From: Polyangiaceae bacterium
GTDB taxonomy: Bacteria; Myxococcota_A; Polyangia; Polyangiales; Polyangiaceae
Assembly (NCBI GenBank): GCA_044376115.1
Contig: JBILLK010000005.1
Location: 320,001 to 384,000 of the forward strand
Direction of reading: 5' to 3'
DNA: 64,000 bases
Both the position numbers and the translations under genes were made by a program. Positions 9,111 through 19,333 of the stretch are shown here, one piece after another; the first letter of the stretch is position 1; every line of letters starts with the position of its first letter. The notes beneath the pieces are model-generated. The model had not been told where the DNA came from. It did not search any database and saw only the letters and a program-made list of their open reading frames with translations.

Positions 9111-12011
9111 ATGAGCTTCGCGCGCGTGGGTTTGTGGGGTCGCGGTTCCGCCCGATGGGTGGTTTTGCTCCTGGGCCTGTGGTTCTGGCTGCAAGCGCGC
9201 GAGGCCGTCGCGGCGCCGAGCACGGTCGAGGTGCTCTCCGACGCTCCCGACCGTACGGTGCTCCGCTTCGATCTTTACGACTATGAACTAGCGCCGCTGC
9301 TAATCGGCAATGAGGTCGCGAGCGAGGTGGAGCTGCGGCGGGCCGCTCGAACCTTGCGCGCGGGCGTACCCGACCTCCCCACCGTTACGCGCAGCATCTT
9401 GATCGCGGATGACGCCGAGGTTGCGGTCAACGTAGTCTCCGCGAGTTATCACGATGTCGCTGATATAGTTATAGCGCCGTCGAAGGGGAACATCACGAGG
9501 GACGTTGATCCGGACAGTGTGCCCTTCAGCTTCGGGGCGGACTACCAGCTCAACCAGGTGTTCCCCGGCGAGCTCGCGACGTTGGGCGAGCCGTACCTGC
9601 TGCGCGATTATCGGGGTATTGCGGTAACATTTCAGCCCTTTCAGTTTAACCCGCAGGCTCGAAGCCTCCGAGTGTATGACAGCATCACCGTCGAGGTCGT
9701 GCGCACAGGTTCAAGTCAGCTCAACGTGCTCCCTGCTGGCTTGGCGCTCAATCCAAGCCGTGCCTTTCGCGAGCTCGCGAGTCGGCACTTTCTCAATCAT
9801 GGCTCCAAGGCCGCCTACTCGCCGCTCGATGAAGAGGGCTCGCTGCTGATCATCGCGCACGACGCCTATCTTCCGAACGTCCAGCCGCTCGTCGCTCATA
9901 AGAACGCGATCGGCATTCCGACGACGGCGGTTGGTATCTCCACCGTGGGTAACAGCGCTGGCGCCATCAAGTCGTATATCCAAAGCCAATATGGTGCTGG
10001 CAACCTCGCCTTCGTGCTTTTGGTGGGGGACGTAAGTCAGGTCGCGACGCCGTATGCCTCAGGAGGCGCAGCAGACCCGACCTACGCCAAACTAGCCGGT
10101 AATGACAATTACCCCGACGTCATCGTCGGACGCTTCTCTGCCTCGAGCGCGGCCCATGTCGATACGCAGGTCGCCCGCACCATCGAGTACGAGACCAGCC
10201 AGGCGCCCCAGCAGCCGTGGTTTCGCAAGGCGATCGGCATCGGCTCGGAGGAGGGCCCTGGCGACGATAACCAGTACGACTACGAGCATATCGACGAGAT
10301 ACGCACCAAGCTACTGGGCGCCGGCTTTACGCAGGTGGACAAGTTCTACGGCTATAACGCCGACGCCACCGATGTCGTGAACGCGCTCAACCAAGGTCGT
10401 GGGCTCATCAACTATTGTGGTCACGGCAGCCCGACGCAGTTTGGCACCACGGGCTTTTCGACCTACGAAGTGCCTCAGCTCGAGAACGCAGGCATGTTGC
10501 CGTTCGTGCTCAGCGTGGCCTGCAACGCGGGTGAGTTCGATACCGGTACCTGCCTCGGTGAAGCCATGTTGCGCGCAACCTCCGGCGGGGAAGCGACCGG
10601 CGCCGTTGCAGTTTACGCCTCGAGCATCGCGCAGTCGTGGAACCCGCCGATGGAGGCCCAAGACGAATTCAACGATCTCTTCATCGCAGGGACGTACTCC
10701 AGCTTGGGCACGCTCTTCTACGCGGGCTCGGCCCAGATGATGGACGCCTACGGCGCCGATGGCGCAGCGATGTTCAGCACCTGGCACCTCTTCGGCGATC
10801 CGTCGCTGCAGGTGATCGGCAGTGTCGAGCCGGCGAGCGGTATGTCGGTTACGCCCGAAGAGAGCTTCGCCGCAAGCGGTCCCGAAGCGGGGCCGTTTGA
10901 CCCGGGGAGCAAGAGCTATACGTTACAGAATGTCGGCGACGCACCGATTGCGTTTAGCGTTTCGGGCGCTCCGGCTTGGTTAACCGTCAATCCGAGCAGC
11001 GGCACGATCGAGGCAGGGTCTTCGGTCGAGGTCGTCGTGGCGCTCGGGGGGACGGCGAGCGGCTTGCTCTCTGGCCAATACAACGGCCATCTCACCATCA
11101 CGAATGAAACCACGCACGAAGGGGATACCCAGCGGTCGGTCTCGCTCTCGGTCGGGGAGCCTGAGTCTGTGCATCGCTGGCCGCTCGATACAAACCCGGG
11201 CTGGGTCATGGAAGGCGCGTGGGCCTTTGGTCAACCGATGGGCGCAGGGTCGAGCGAAGACCTAGGCTTTCCCGATCCGACCTCCGGGCACACCGGCAAC
11301 AACGTGCTCGGCTTCAATCTGAATGGCGACTACGCGAATGACCTGCCGGAGACCAACCTGACCACCACGGCGATCGACTGCAGCGACGTCAGTAACGCCA
11401 AGCTCAGCTTCTGGCGTTGGCTCAACCTCGAGGGCGCCGAGTACGACCATGCCTACGTCAAGGTCAGCACCGACGGCGTCAGCTGGACGACGGTTTGGCA
11501 GAACGCTCAGGACATAACGGATAATCAGTGGAACTTGGTGGAACTCGATATATCGGCCATCGCTGACGGACAACCCACTGTCTACCTGCGCTGGACGATG
11601 GGCGCGACCGATGGCGGACTCGTCGGCTCTGGCTGGAACCTGGACGACATCGAGATAAGCGGCTTCCAGGAGCAGGGCTGCGCTGATGGGGACGTGGATG
11701 GCGACGGCGATCCAAATCCTCCCTGCGGCGGCGGAGATTGCAATGACCAGGACCCGACGGTCCATTTGGGTGCGCAGGAGTTCTGCGACGGGCAAGATAA
11801 CGACTGCGATGGGGAAGTGGATGAAGCTTGCAGTGGCGAGAACCCGAGCGGAGGTCCAGGCCCTGATGACGCGGGCCAAGAGGAGAGCAATCGCGACTTG
11901 CGTGGGACCTATTGCGGTCTTGCGCACGACGCAGATGGGCGAGCCTTGGCTTGCACATGGCTGCTCATTTGCTTCCCGCTTTTGCTGCGTAGACGGCGCG
12001 CCTCGCAGTAG
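9111..12011 (+). CDS. Gingipain-like C25 cysteine peptidase: propeptide, catalytic domain, BACON-like domain, jelly-roll/adhesin-like domain, Cys/Asp metal-binding repeat, MYXO-CTERM-like tail
   Basis: Propeptide (PSKGNITR, PYLLRDYRG), FVLLVGD, YPDVIVGRFS, NYCGHGS (His), SVACNAG (Cys), QSWNPPM, WHLFGDPSL; WLTVNPSSGTI; GGDCNDQDPTVHLGAQEFCDGQDNDCDG; C-terminal Cys, hydrophobic stretch, RRRR. Confidence 0.9.
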   Translation: MSFARVGLWGRGSARWVVLLLGLWFWLQAREAVAAPSTVEVLSDAPDRTVLRFDLYDYELAPLLIGNEVASEVELRRAARTLRAGVPDLPTVTRSILIADDAEVAVNVVSASYHDVADIVIAPSKGNITRDVDPDSVPFSFGADYQLNQVFPGELATLGEPYLLRDYRGIAVTFQPFQFNPQARSLRVYDSITVEVVRTGSSQLNVLPAGLALNPSRAFRELASRHFLNHGSKAAYSPLDEEGSLLIIAHDAYLPNVQPLVAHKNAIGIPTTAVGISTVGNSAGAIKSYIQSQYGAGNLAFVLLVGDVSQVATPYASGGAADPTYAKLAGNDNYPDVIVGRFSASSAAHVDTQVARTIEYETSQAPQQPWFRKAIGIGSEEGPGDDNQYDYEHIDEIRTKLLGAGFTQVDKFYGYNADATDVVNALNQGRGLINYCGHGSPTQFGTTGFSTYEVPQLENAGMLPFVLSVACNAGEFDTGTCLGEAMLRATSGGEATGAVAVYASSIAQSWNPPMEAQDEFNDLFIAGTYSSLGTLFYAGSAQMMDAYGADGAAMFSTWHLFGDPSLQVIGSVEPASGMSVTPEESFAASGPEAGPFDPGSKSYTLQNVGDAPIAFSVSGAPAWLTVNPSSGTIEAGSSVEVVVALGGTASGLLSGQYNGHLTITNETTHEGDTQRSVSLSVGEPESVHRWPLDTNPGWVMEGAWAFGQPMGAGSSEDLGFPDPTSGHTGNNVLGFNLNGDYANDLPETNLTTTAIDCSDVSNAKLSFWRWLNLEGAEYDHAYVKVSTDGVSWTTVWQNAQDITDNQWNLVELDISAIADGQPTVYLRWTMGATDGGLVGSGWNLDDIEISGFQEQGCADGDVDGDGDPNPPCGGGDCNDQDPTVHLGAQEFCDGQDNDCDGEVDEACSGENPSGGPGPDDAGQEESNRDLRGTYCGLAHDADGRALACTWLLICFPLLLRRRRASQ

Positions 12012-12043
12012 ACGAAGCGCCGCGGCTCCGCGAGAATGCGCCC

Positions 12044-15000
12044 ATGCTTCGATCGTTCGTCTTGGGCGCTCTCACCCTCACCATGGTCTCCGCCTGCGCG
12101 GAGGAACGCGCACCCATCAATCGTGTACAGCCGAATGCTCTTCCTAAGAGCTACTTCGTCGGAGACTTGGCTGACCGCGCCGATGACCCTGAGTTCTATA
12201 TGCGCAATACCGTGGTGGACGTATCCGCCGGAGCGGGCTCTGACGGCCTGTTCACCAGCTCGGACGCGCAGCCGGTTTCACGGGTTCGCTTTGAGATAAC
12301 GGAGCAGTTGTTGATCGCGCGGCTCACCTACGAGCTCGTCGACAATACCGATGGTAAGGGTGCACGCCGCACGCCCGATGGGCAGATCGTTGCGGCCTAC
12401 ACCATCCAAAGTCACTTTGACATTCAGCGGGACTACCTCGCTTCAACTGGCGAAAATACCAACGTAATCGTCGAGAATGTGACGGACCTGCCTTGGAACG
12501 AGCGCAAGTTCTTTCGCGTCGACTGGTCGAAGAACCTAATCACTGACGCTTACAACCTCGATACGCTCTCCCAGCTCGGGATCTACTACGGGGTGCAATG
12601 GGACCCGGTCTCCTATTACGTCAATGATCCAGCAGACGATGACCATCCGCTGTTCGACCTCGAGAACGGCTACTTTGATGTGACCCACAAGGCGCTCGCC
12701 TCGCCGGTGGTGATCGAGGACCCGTATTGGGGTAACTTCCCCGCCTGTTGGTTAATAGGGGATTTCCCGACCACCAATTGCAATCCCAGTGAAGTAACGC
12801 TGCGCCAGGCGTTCCTCAAGGTCGTAGACCGAGACTACGAGCCGCTCGCCATCGACGGGACGATGATGGATATGTTCGGCTACTTTACGATGGACCGCTT
12901 CGGCTATGACCGCCGCTACGGCGTCGTAGATGATCAGTGGCGTCGCTTTGCTACTCGGTGGAACTTCTACGAGCGCTCCCACGCCGAGCCGGAGCTTCAA
13001 TGCAATAGCGAGGAGACTACGCCTGCGGGCGCTGATCCGCATCGCGATGAAGACGCGAACGGCACCGAGGATGAGTGTGAGGCCGTCGGCAACGGTTCGC
13101 GTTGCGACGCTACCGTGGGGCTTTGTACGCTGCCGTTGCGCGAGCGCACAATCAAGACCATCCCGTGGCACGTCAACGCCGACTTCCCCGAAGACCTCTA
13201 TGACGGCACGGTGGAAGCGCTCGAGGCATGGAACAACGCCATGCGAACGGCGGTGCTCGCTGGTCGTTTGGCTGAATGTCGCCGTACGGGTGGGACCTCC
13301 TGTGAGCAGGATCTCGGCTGGCCGGCTCGCTGGAGCGACGATTTTACGCCGCCCAAAGGCAGCGAGAGCCCAGCGCAGGTACCGGACATCTTCGTCCTTT
13401 GTCACAACCCTGTAGACCCGGAGAAGGGGGACGCTGAGGTTTGCGGGGCGCCCGGTACATCGCCGCGGCTGGGAGATTTACGCTTCAACCAAATGACCAT
13501 TATCGACGACGTGGAGTTCATGTCGCCGTGGGGCATCATGATGGACGCTGAGGATCCGCTCACCGGTGAGAAGATCGCCGGTAGCGTGAATCAGTGGGCC
13601 TACGTGCTCGATCGCTCGGCCTCGAATCTGGTGGACATCTTGGCGCTGCTCAACGGTGAGATCTCGGCGGACGAGTTCCTGTCGGGGGAGAACGTCTCGT
13701 CTTGGGTAGAGCAGAATCAGAAGTCTGGTGCGGCCAGTAAGCAGAAGGCCCTGTCCAAGGAGGAGCTCAGCTCGCGTTTAGGCGCCTATCAGAACGAGAC
13801 GATGGCGCCCTACTTCGAGAACATGCCCAAGGGCAAGCCTGGCCTCCCGCCGCAGGGCAAGCACTCGTTGCGCTATGAGGCGCTGGTCGAGAGTGGGCGC
13901 CTGGGGCCGGGCAATACGGCGCTCGCAGCGCGGCTCGGGCAACTGCGCAATACCACTGTAGAGGCGACGATGGCCACCCCGGAGATGGTGCAGGCGGTAG
14001 GCGCGGATCCGACGGCGCCGCCCACACCGGAGGTGATTCAGCGGGCTTCACCGTTTGGCCGGGCCAACCCCACGATTCGGCGCGCCGAACGTCGGGCCGA
14101 GCGTCACGCGGTTGCAGAACGTCACTCCTGTCGTCGTGAGGCTCCCGAGGCTGATTACTTGATCGGCATGGCGCAGCTGGCTCAGTCGCTGTTCCCTTCG
14201 CCGGATCCGGAGGACAAGGCGGCTGTCTTGGCTCATCGAGAAGAGGTGTACAACTGGGCTCGCCGCGAAACGAGCAAGGGCGTCATGGCGCACGAGATCG
14301 GCCACTCCATGGGGCTGCGCCACAACTTCGCCGCTACCTTTGATTCGCTCAACTACGACAAGAAGTATTGGCAGCTGCGCACCCAGAACGGCAGCGTGGA
14401 GCAAGACTGCGCCGAGGGTGAAGTGGATGGCGCTGATTGTATTGGTCCCCGCTACAAGGACCCAATCACCGAACAAGAGGTCTCTAACAATATATCGCGC
14501 TATTCGACGACTAGCGTCATGGACTATCCCGGGGATCAGAGCCAGGACATGACCATCGCCGGCTCCTATGACCGTGCGGCGCTGCGCTTCGGCTATGGCG
14601 GCGTGGTCGATGTTTGGGCCGCTGACGGCGTATCGGTGGACGGCAGTGGCGCTGGCCAGGCGAAGGCGTATGAGCTAACCGCCTTTACCACGAGCCCCGG
14701 CCTATTCGGCGTTATGTACTTTGCGCCGGTGGACGTGACCGAGCCTTACATCTTCCGTCACTATTCGAGCTACCAGCGAGAGTTCGGCGTTCTGGGCGAG
14801 TGCAGCGCTTCGGACGGGACCAACGCTGTGCTTGGTGAGGAGTGCAACGGCGCCCCGATGGACGTCGTTGATTATCGGGATATGGCGGACTTCGCCATCG
14901 ATCCTGACTACGAAGACTTCTCCTGGGCGTTGCAACCGCGAGCCGTTGCGCCCGACGGCCGCGTTCGTCGCGGTTACATGTTCTCGTCGGATGAGTATGC

Positions 15001-16330
15001 AGACTCGGGCAACGTTCCTTCCTTCTCCAATGACGCGGGCGCGGACGCGTATGAGCAAATCCGCTTCCTCGAGTCGGCGTACGAGAACCGCTACATCTTC
15101 GACAGCTTCCGTCGCAACCGCGTACAGTTCAATTCGTGGGATGTGACCGGTCGGGTGCAGGCACGCTACCTCGATAACCTGCAGATGATCTCGAAGGCGT
15201 TCTTCTTTGGCGCGGTGCTCGACGGTGATCCCGAGAACCCGACCGAGGAGTTCTTGGCGGACGGCGCGTATGGCCCGTTGGCCATCGGCAGCACCTTCGC
15301 CTTCGACCTCTTTACCCGCATGTTGACGCGGCCGGACCCTGGCTACTTCTGCCCGGCGGAGGTGTGTGGCGTGCAGCCGGCCTCTATGCCCGATACCGAG
15401 GTTTATGTCGCGGACCCGGCGCCGCTGCCCAACCTCTACTTGTATGACTTCTCGGTAGGGCTCGGGGACGGCCGTTACCTACACAATGATTACGACTATT
15501 CGCAGGGCTATTTCTGGGGCGACTACCAAACCCAGGTTGGCGCTTATTACGATAAAACGTGGGCGGTTTATTATCTCGGTGAGGCGTTCGACAGCTTTAT
15601 CTCCAACTCCAAGGAGGACTTCGTCGATTCGCGCTACAAGAACGTGAACTTCGCCACGGTTTATCCGGAGCAGATGCGGCGGCTGTTCGCGAGCCTGATG
15701 ACCGGGGACTACGAGAGCTACGCGCCCTGGGCGAGCCCCCCGGCCAACCCCGATGATACGCCGGTAATTACGCTCGAGTATCCGCGCTGGTACGAGCGCA
15801 CAGACGTGGGGACGCGCCCGGCCAACTCGCTGCTCGTGGACCCGAACTACGGCTGGAACACGCAGATCAACGCCATGGTCTGGGGCACCATGTTCTTCCC
15901 CACCAATTGGTCGTCGCAGTGGATTCACGATGCTCGCATCGCGATCCCCTCGGAAGAGTACGGCTGGCCGGAGTCACAGACCTTCCGCTTCACCGACCCT
16001 CGCACGGGCATCGTCTACAGTGCCCATCGTGATGGCACCGAGAGCGTACTCGGTAAGACGGTGCAGCGCGGTACCGGCGCTCGCATCCTCGAATGGGCGA
16101 ACTACCTACTGACGCTGGTGTACGAGGTCGACCGCGACGTGAACGGTGAGGTCATCCTCAACGCCGACGGCAGCCCAACGCTGGTGCTCGACGCAGACGG
16201 CGCGCCGATTCTCCTAGCCGATTCACTAGCGGCCGAAGTCGAGTACAGCCGTTATGTGGATACGATAGACCTCTATCGGCAGCTGACGCTCGAGTTCTCC
16301 CAGCCGCTGGAAGAGTTGCCGGAGCCCTAG
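12044..16330 (+). CDS. Large zinc-dependent metalloprotease lipoprotein (metzincin)
   Basis: Lipobox VSAC; HEIGHSMGLRH (HExxHxxGxxH); Met-turn SVMDY; DPLTGEKI motif. Confidence 0.85.
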   Translation: MLRSFVLGALTLTMVSACAEERAPINRVQPNALPKSYFVGDLADRADDPEFYMRNTVVDVSAGAGSDGLFTSSDAQPVSRVRFEITEQLLIARLTYELVDNTDGKGARRTPDGQIVAAYTIQSHFDIQRDYLASTGENTNVIVENVTDLPWNERKFFRVDWSKNLITDAYNLDTLSQLGIYYGVQWDPVSYYVNDPADDDHPLFDLENGYFDVTHKALASPVVIEDPYWGNFPACWLIGDFPTTNCNPSEVTLRQAFLKVVDRDYEPLAIDGTMMDMFGYFTMDRFGYDRRYGVVDDQWRRFATRWNFYERSHAEPELQCNSEETTPAGADPHRDEDANGTEDECEAVGNGSRCDATVGLCTLPLRERTIKTIPWHVNADFPEDLYDGTVEALEAWNNAMRTAVLAGRLAECRRTGGTSCEQDLGWPARWSDDFTPPKGSESPAQVPDIFVLCHNPVDPEKGDAEVCGAPGTSPRLGDLRFNQMTIIDDVEFMSPWGIMMDAEDPLTGEKIAGSVNQWAYVLDRSASNLVDILALLNGEISADEFLSGENVSSWVEQNQKSGAASKQKALSKEELSSRLGAYQNETMAPYFENMPKGKPGLPPQGKHSLRYEALVESGRLGPGNTALAARLGQLRNTTVEATMATPEMVQAVGADPTAPPTPEVIQRASPFGRANPTIRRAERRAERHAVAERHSCRREAPEADYLIGMAQLAQSLFPSPDPEDKAAVLAHREEVYNWARRETSKGVMAHEIGHSMGLRHNFAATFDSLNYDKKYWQLRTQNGSVEQDCAEGEVDGADCIGPRYKDPITEQEVSNNISRYSTTSVMDYPGDQSQDMTIAGSYDRAALRFGYGGVVDVWAADGVSVDGSGAGQAKAYELTAFTTSPGLFGVMYFAPVDVTEPYIFRHYSSYQREFGVLGECSASDGTNAVLGEECNGAPMDVVDYRDMADFAIDPDYEDFSWALQPRAVAPDGRVRRGYMFSSDEYADSGNVPSFSNDAGADAYEQIRFLESAYENRYIFDSFRRNRVQFNSWDVTGRVQARYLDNLQMISKAFFFGAVLDGDPENPTEEFLADGAYGPLAIGSTFAFDLFTRMLTRPDPGYFCPAEVCGVQPASMPDTEVYVADPAPLPNLYLYDFSVGLGDGRYLHNDYDYSQGYFWGDYQTQVGAYYDKTWAVYYLGEAFDSFISNSKEDFVDSRYKNVNFATVYPEQMRRLFASLMTGDYESYAPWASPPANPDDTPVITLEYPRWYERTDVGTRPANSLLVDPNYGWNTQINAMVWGTMFFPTNWSSQWIHDARIAIPSEEYGWPESQTFRFTDPRTGIVYSAHRDGTESVLGKTVQRGTGARILEWANYLLTLVYEVDRDVNGEVILNADGSPTLVLDADGAPILLADSLAAEVEYSRYVDTIDLYRQLTLEFSQPLEELPEP

Positions 16331-16532
16331 TACTGCCGGCCGCAAGTCCGTGCCTAGATCCGCTCCGGCCCCCGCGCGTGGCGCGGCAAGTGAAGGGCCG
16401 GAGCGGATCTAGGCACTCAGTCCAAGGCTGTGGCCGGCATACCCTCTCCGTTGTCGAGGGGGCGATTCTCGCCCCCTTGCGCTACGCGCACCCCCAGATG
16501 ATCCGGATACGAACTTCGGGCGGGGGTACTAG
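16327..16532. mobile_element. MITE-like non-autonomous element with CTAG target-site duplication
   Basis: CTAG at 16327-16330 and 16529-16532; imperfect terminal inverted repeats CTAGTAC-N9/10-AAGT(C/T)CGT-N5-GATC at both ends; internal perfect 22-bp inverted repeat 16350-16371/16395-16416; 9-bp hairpin 16457-16477. Confidence 0.7.
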
Positions 16533-17203
16533 TCAGCAATCTCGTCCGGCAAGAAGCGGACGTTTTGCTCGAGTGGATCCCGGGTGGTGTGGCAGCGGTT
16601 CGCCGCTGCCGCGGTATCCTCATACCCGAGGCCAATACCAAAGAGCAGATTGAGTTCGGCCGGTATATCGAAGTATTTGCGCGCAATATCTGGGAAAACG
16701 CCGAGGCTGGCTTGGGCGCAGGTGGCTACGCCTTCCGCGGTGGCAAGCAGCAAGACCGTGGAGAGCCAGCAGCCGATGTCCAACGTACCGTAGGGGCCAA
16801 AGCGCTTGTCGAGCGCGACCAGCGCTACGTGCGGCGCATCGAACGCCGCAAAGTTACGCATCCAGGCGGCCTGCCGTGCTGGGCCGTCATTACGTTCTAC
16901 GCCCATCGCCTCGTAAAGCGCTTTGCCGCAGGCCCTGCGGTGCGTGCCGTAAGGCTCCGGGTACTCGGCGGGGAAGGGGACGTCGGTCTCCGGGCCGCGT
17001 GACATCGCCGCCGTCGTCAGCTCGGCGATGTACTGATCGCGCCGCTTGCCGGAGGCGATGAAGACGCGCCACGGTTGAATGTTGCACCAGGAGGGCGCGC
17101 GCTGCGCCCGCTCGAAGATGCCGCGCAAGGTTTGCTCCGGCACCGGCTTATCGAGAAAGGCGCGTACGCTCTTACGTTGCAATACAGCTTCAGCGGTATC
17201 CAT
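16529..17203 (-). CDS. Nitroreductase family protein
   Basis: RKSVRAFLDKPV, APSWCNIQPW, FDAPH, LDIGCW, GIGLGY motifs. Confidence 0.9.
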   Translation of the reverse strand: MDTAEAVLQRKSVRAFLDKPVPEQTLRGIFERAQRAPSWCNIQPWRVFIASGKRRDQYIAELTTAAMSRGPETDVPFPAEYPEPYGTHRRACGKALYEAMGVERNDGPARQAAWMRNFAAFDAPHVALVALDKRFGPYGTLDIGCWLSTVLLLATAEGVATCAQASLGVFPDIARKYFDIPAELNLLFGIGLGYEDTAAAANRCHTTRDPLEQNVRFLPDEIAD

Positions 17204-17223
17204 GGTCCCTCCGCAGTGCTTCG

Positions 17224-17856
17224 CTATTTGGTGCCGAACAGACGGTCCCCAGCGTCGCCCAGGCCGGGGACGATGTAGCCGTGGTCATTGAGCCGCTCGT
17301 CGATGGCGGCGGTGACGATCGGCACGTCGGGGTGGGCGGCGTGGAAGGTCTTGATGCCCTCGGGGCAAGTCAGCAGGCACAGCAGCTTGATCGAGGCTGG
17401 GTTGGCTTGCTTGATGCGCGTCACTGCGGCGACGGCCGAATTGCCGGTGGCCAGCATGGGATCGCAAACGAGGACGCTGCGGTCTTCGAGCTGTTGCGGC
17501 ACCTTGAAGAAGTACTCGACCGGCTCGAGCGTCTTGGGATCACGGTACATACCGACGTGGCCAACGCGAGCAGAAGGCATGAGGGCGAGCATGCCGTCGA
17601 GGATGCCGAGGCCGGCGCGCAGGATGGCGATCAGCACGACCTTCTTGCCGTCGATCGCGTAGCCCTTCATCTCGGAGATGGGCGTCTCGATGATCTCCTC
17701 GCGCAGCTTCATGTCGCGCGTGGCTTCGTACGCGAGCAGCATCGATATTTCGGAGAGCAGCGCGCGGAAGCTGGCCGTGCTGGTGTCCTTCCGACGCATC
17801 AGCGTCAACTTGTGAAGTACGAGGGGGTGATCGACGACGTTGACGGAGGGCACCAT
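17224..17856 (-). CDS. upp: Uracil phosphoribosyltransferase
   Basis: [46 protein letters not shown]. Confidence 0.97.
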   Translation of the reverse strand: MVPSVNVVDHPLVLHKLTLMRRKDTSTASFRALLSEISMLLAYEATRDMKLREEIIETPISEMKGYAIDGKKVVLIAILRAGLGILDGMLALMPSARVGHVGMYRDPKTLEPVEYFFKVPQQLEDRSVLVCDPMLATGNSAVAAVTRIKQANPASIKLLCLLTCPEGIKTFHAAHPDVPIVTAAIDERLNDHGYIVPGLGDAGDRLFGTK

Positions 17857-18015
17857 AGGCCCTCCTTACTCAAAAGCCGGCGCCGTCGCCATCGATCATC
17901 CACGGCGGAGCTCCGCTCGGCCGCAACTCGTGCGTGAGCCTGCGTCTCAGCGCTCACGTGCATGGCGTGATGAACGCCCCTTTTCGCAGGGAACGCGCCG
18001 TGCGAACGCTTGGCT

Positions 18016-19299
18016 ATGTCGCAAGCTGCATTGCCCCGTCGCGTTGGTGTGCTCTTTTCTGGTGGTCCTGCGCCCGGCGCCAACGCCGTGATCGCCGCCG
18101 CCGTTTCCACGCTTCGTCGTTCAGGCGTTGACGTGATCGGTTTCTCGAATGGCTATTCGGGGTTGATCGAGTTCGACGCGAACAAGCGGCCGCTGGTCGA
18201 GGGGCAGGACTATCGGCGCTTCGTCGACAAGGACCTGCAGGGCCTGCGCAACGAACGCGGGATCATCATCGGTACGGCGCGCGCAAATCCCGGCAAGAAG
18301 ATCCGTGGAGCTGGCGACTTTACCGATGCCGAGCGCACGGCGCCGCTGCGTCGCGTGGTGGCCGGGCTGCGTTCGCTCGAGGTGGATGCGCTGATCTCGA
18401 TCGGCGGCGATGACACGCTCAAGACCGCCAACTTCCTTTACGAGTACCAACGCACGTTGAGCGAGCCGCCGGTGCGCGTGGTCCACGTGCCGAAGACGAT
18501 CGACAACGACTACCGCGGGATCGACTTCACGTTCGGCTTCTTCACTGCGGTGGACGTGATGGCCAAGGAGCTCTTGAACCTGCGCGCCGACGCGCAGGCC
18601 ACGCGCAGCTACTTCATCGTCGAGACGATGGGTCGCAAGGCTGGCTGGCTCGCCTACGGCGTCGCCATCGCTGGTGAAGCGCACTTGGTGGTCGGCGTTG
18701 AAGACGTGGTTGGTGAGCTGGCGGTCGACGAGACGATCGAAGAAGACGGTCAGACGCGGGTGGAGAAGCGGCTCAACATGGAGGCGCTCGCCGATCGCAT
18801 CGTCGATTTGGTGGTGGCTCGCGAGGAGCGCTCCAAGCGCTACGGTACCGTCGTGCTGGCCGAGGGGCTGGCTGAGTTGTTGCCCGCCTCGTATTTGCGC
18901 GGCATCGCTCGGGATGAGCACGGCCACGTTTCTCTGGGGAAGATCGACATCGGCAAGTTGGTTGCTAAAGTCGTGGAGGCCCGTTTCCAAGAACGCACGG
19001 GTCGGCCGGTGAAGATGACCGGCGTGCAACTCGGCTACGAGTCGCGTTGCGCGGCGCCGCACGCGTTCGACGTGATGCTCGGGACCCAGCTCGGCGTGGG
19101 AGCTGCCCGCGCACTCAGTGAGAAGGGGCTCGATGGCCATATGGTGAGCGTGGCCGGTCAACTCGAACTGCGCTACGTACCCTTCGCAGAGCTGGTTGAT
19201 CCCAAGACTCTCAAGACCGACGTTCGCTTCATCGAACAGGGCTCGGACTTTCAACGTCTAGCCCAAACGCTCGAGACCCAAGTAAGGCGCCGTAGCTGA
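18016..19299 (+). CDS. pfp: 6-phosphofructokinase, probably pyrophosphate-dependent
   Basis: [41 protein letters not shown]; the GGDD Asp plus PKTIDND Lys combination marks PPi-type enzymes. Confidence 0.85.
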   Translation: MSQAALPRRVGVLFSGGPAPGANAVIAAAVSTLRRSGVDVIGFSNGYSGLIEFDANKRPLVEGQDYRRFVDKDLQGLRNERGIIIGTARANPGKKIRGAGDFTDAERTAPLRRVVAGLRSLEVDALISIGGDDTLKTANFLYEYQRTLSEPPVRVVHVPKTIDNDYRGIDFTFGFFTAVDVMAKELLNLRADAQATRSYFIVETMGRKAGWLAYGVAIAGEAHLVVGVEDVVGELAVDETIEEDGQTRVEKRLNMEALADRIVDLVVAREERSKRYGTVVLAEGLAELLPASYLRGIARDEHGHVSLGKIDIGKLVAKVVEARFQERTGRPVKMTGVQLGYESRCAAPHAFDVMLGTQLGVGAARALSEKGLDGHMVSVAGQLELRYVPFAELVDPKTLKTDVRFIEQGSDFQRLAQTLETQVRRRS

Positions 19300-19333
19300 A
19301 ACCACGGTTGAGGTGGCGCGTAGGATCCCCTTG

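Noticed and set aside
16350..16416. CRISPR repeat or simple terminator
   Set aside because: It is an inverted pair, not a direct repeat-spacer array, no cas genes are present, and it is better explained as part of the MITE-like element
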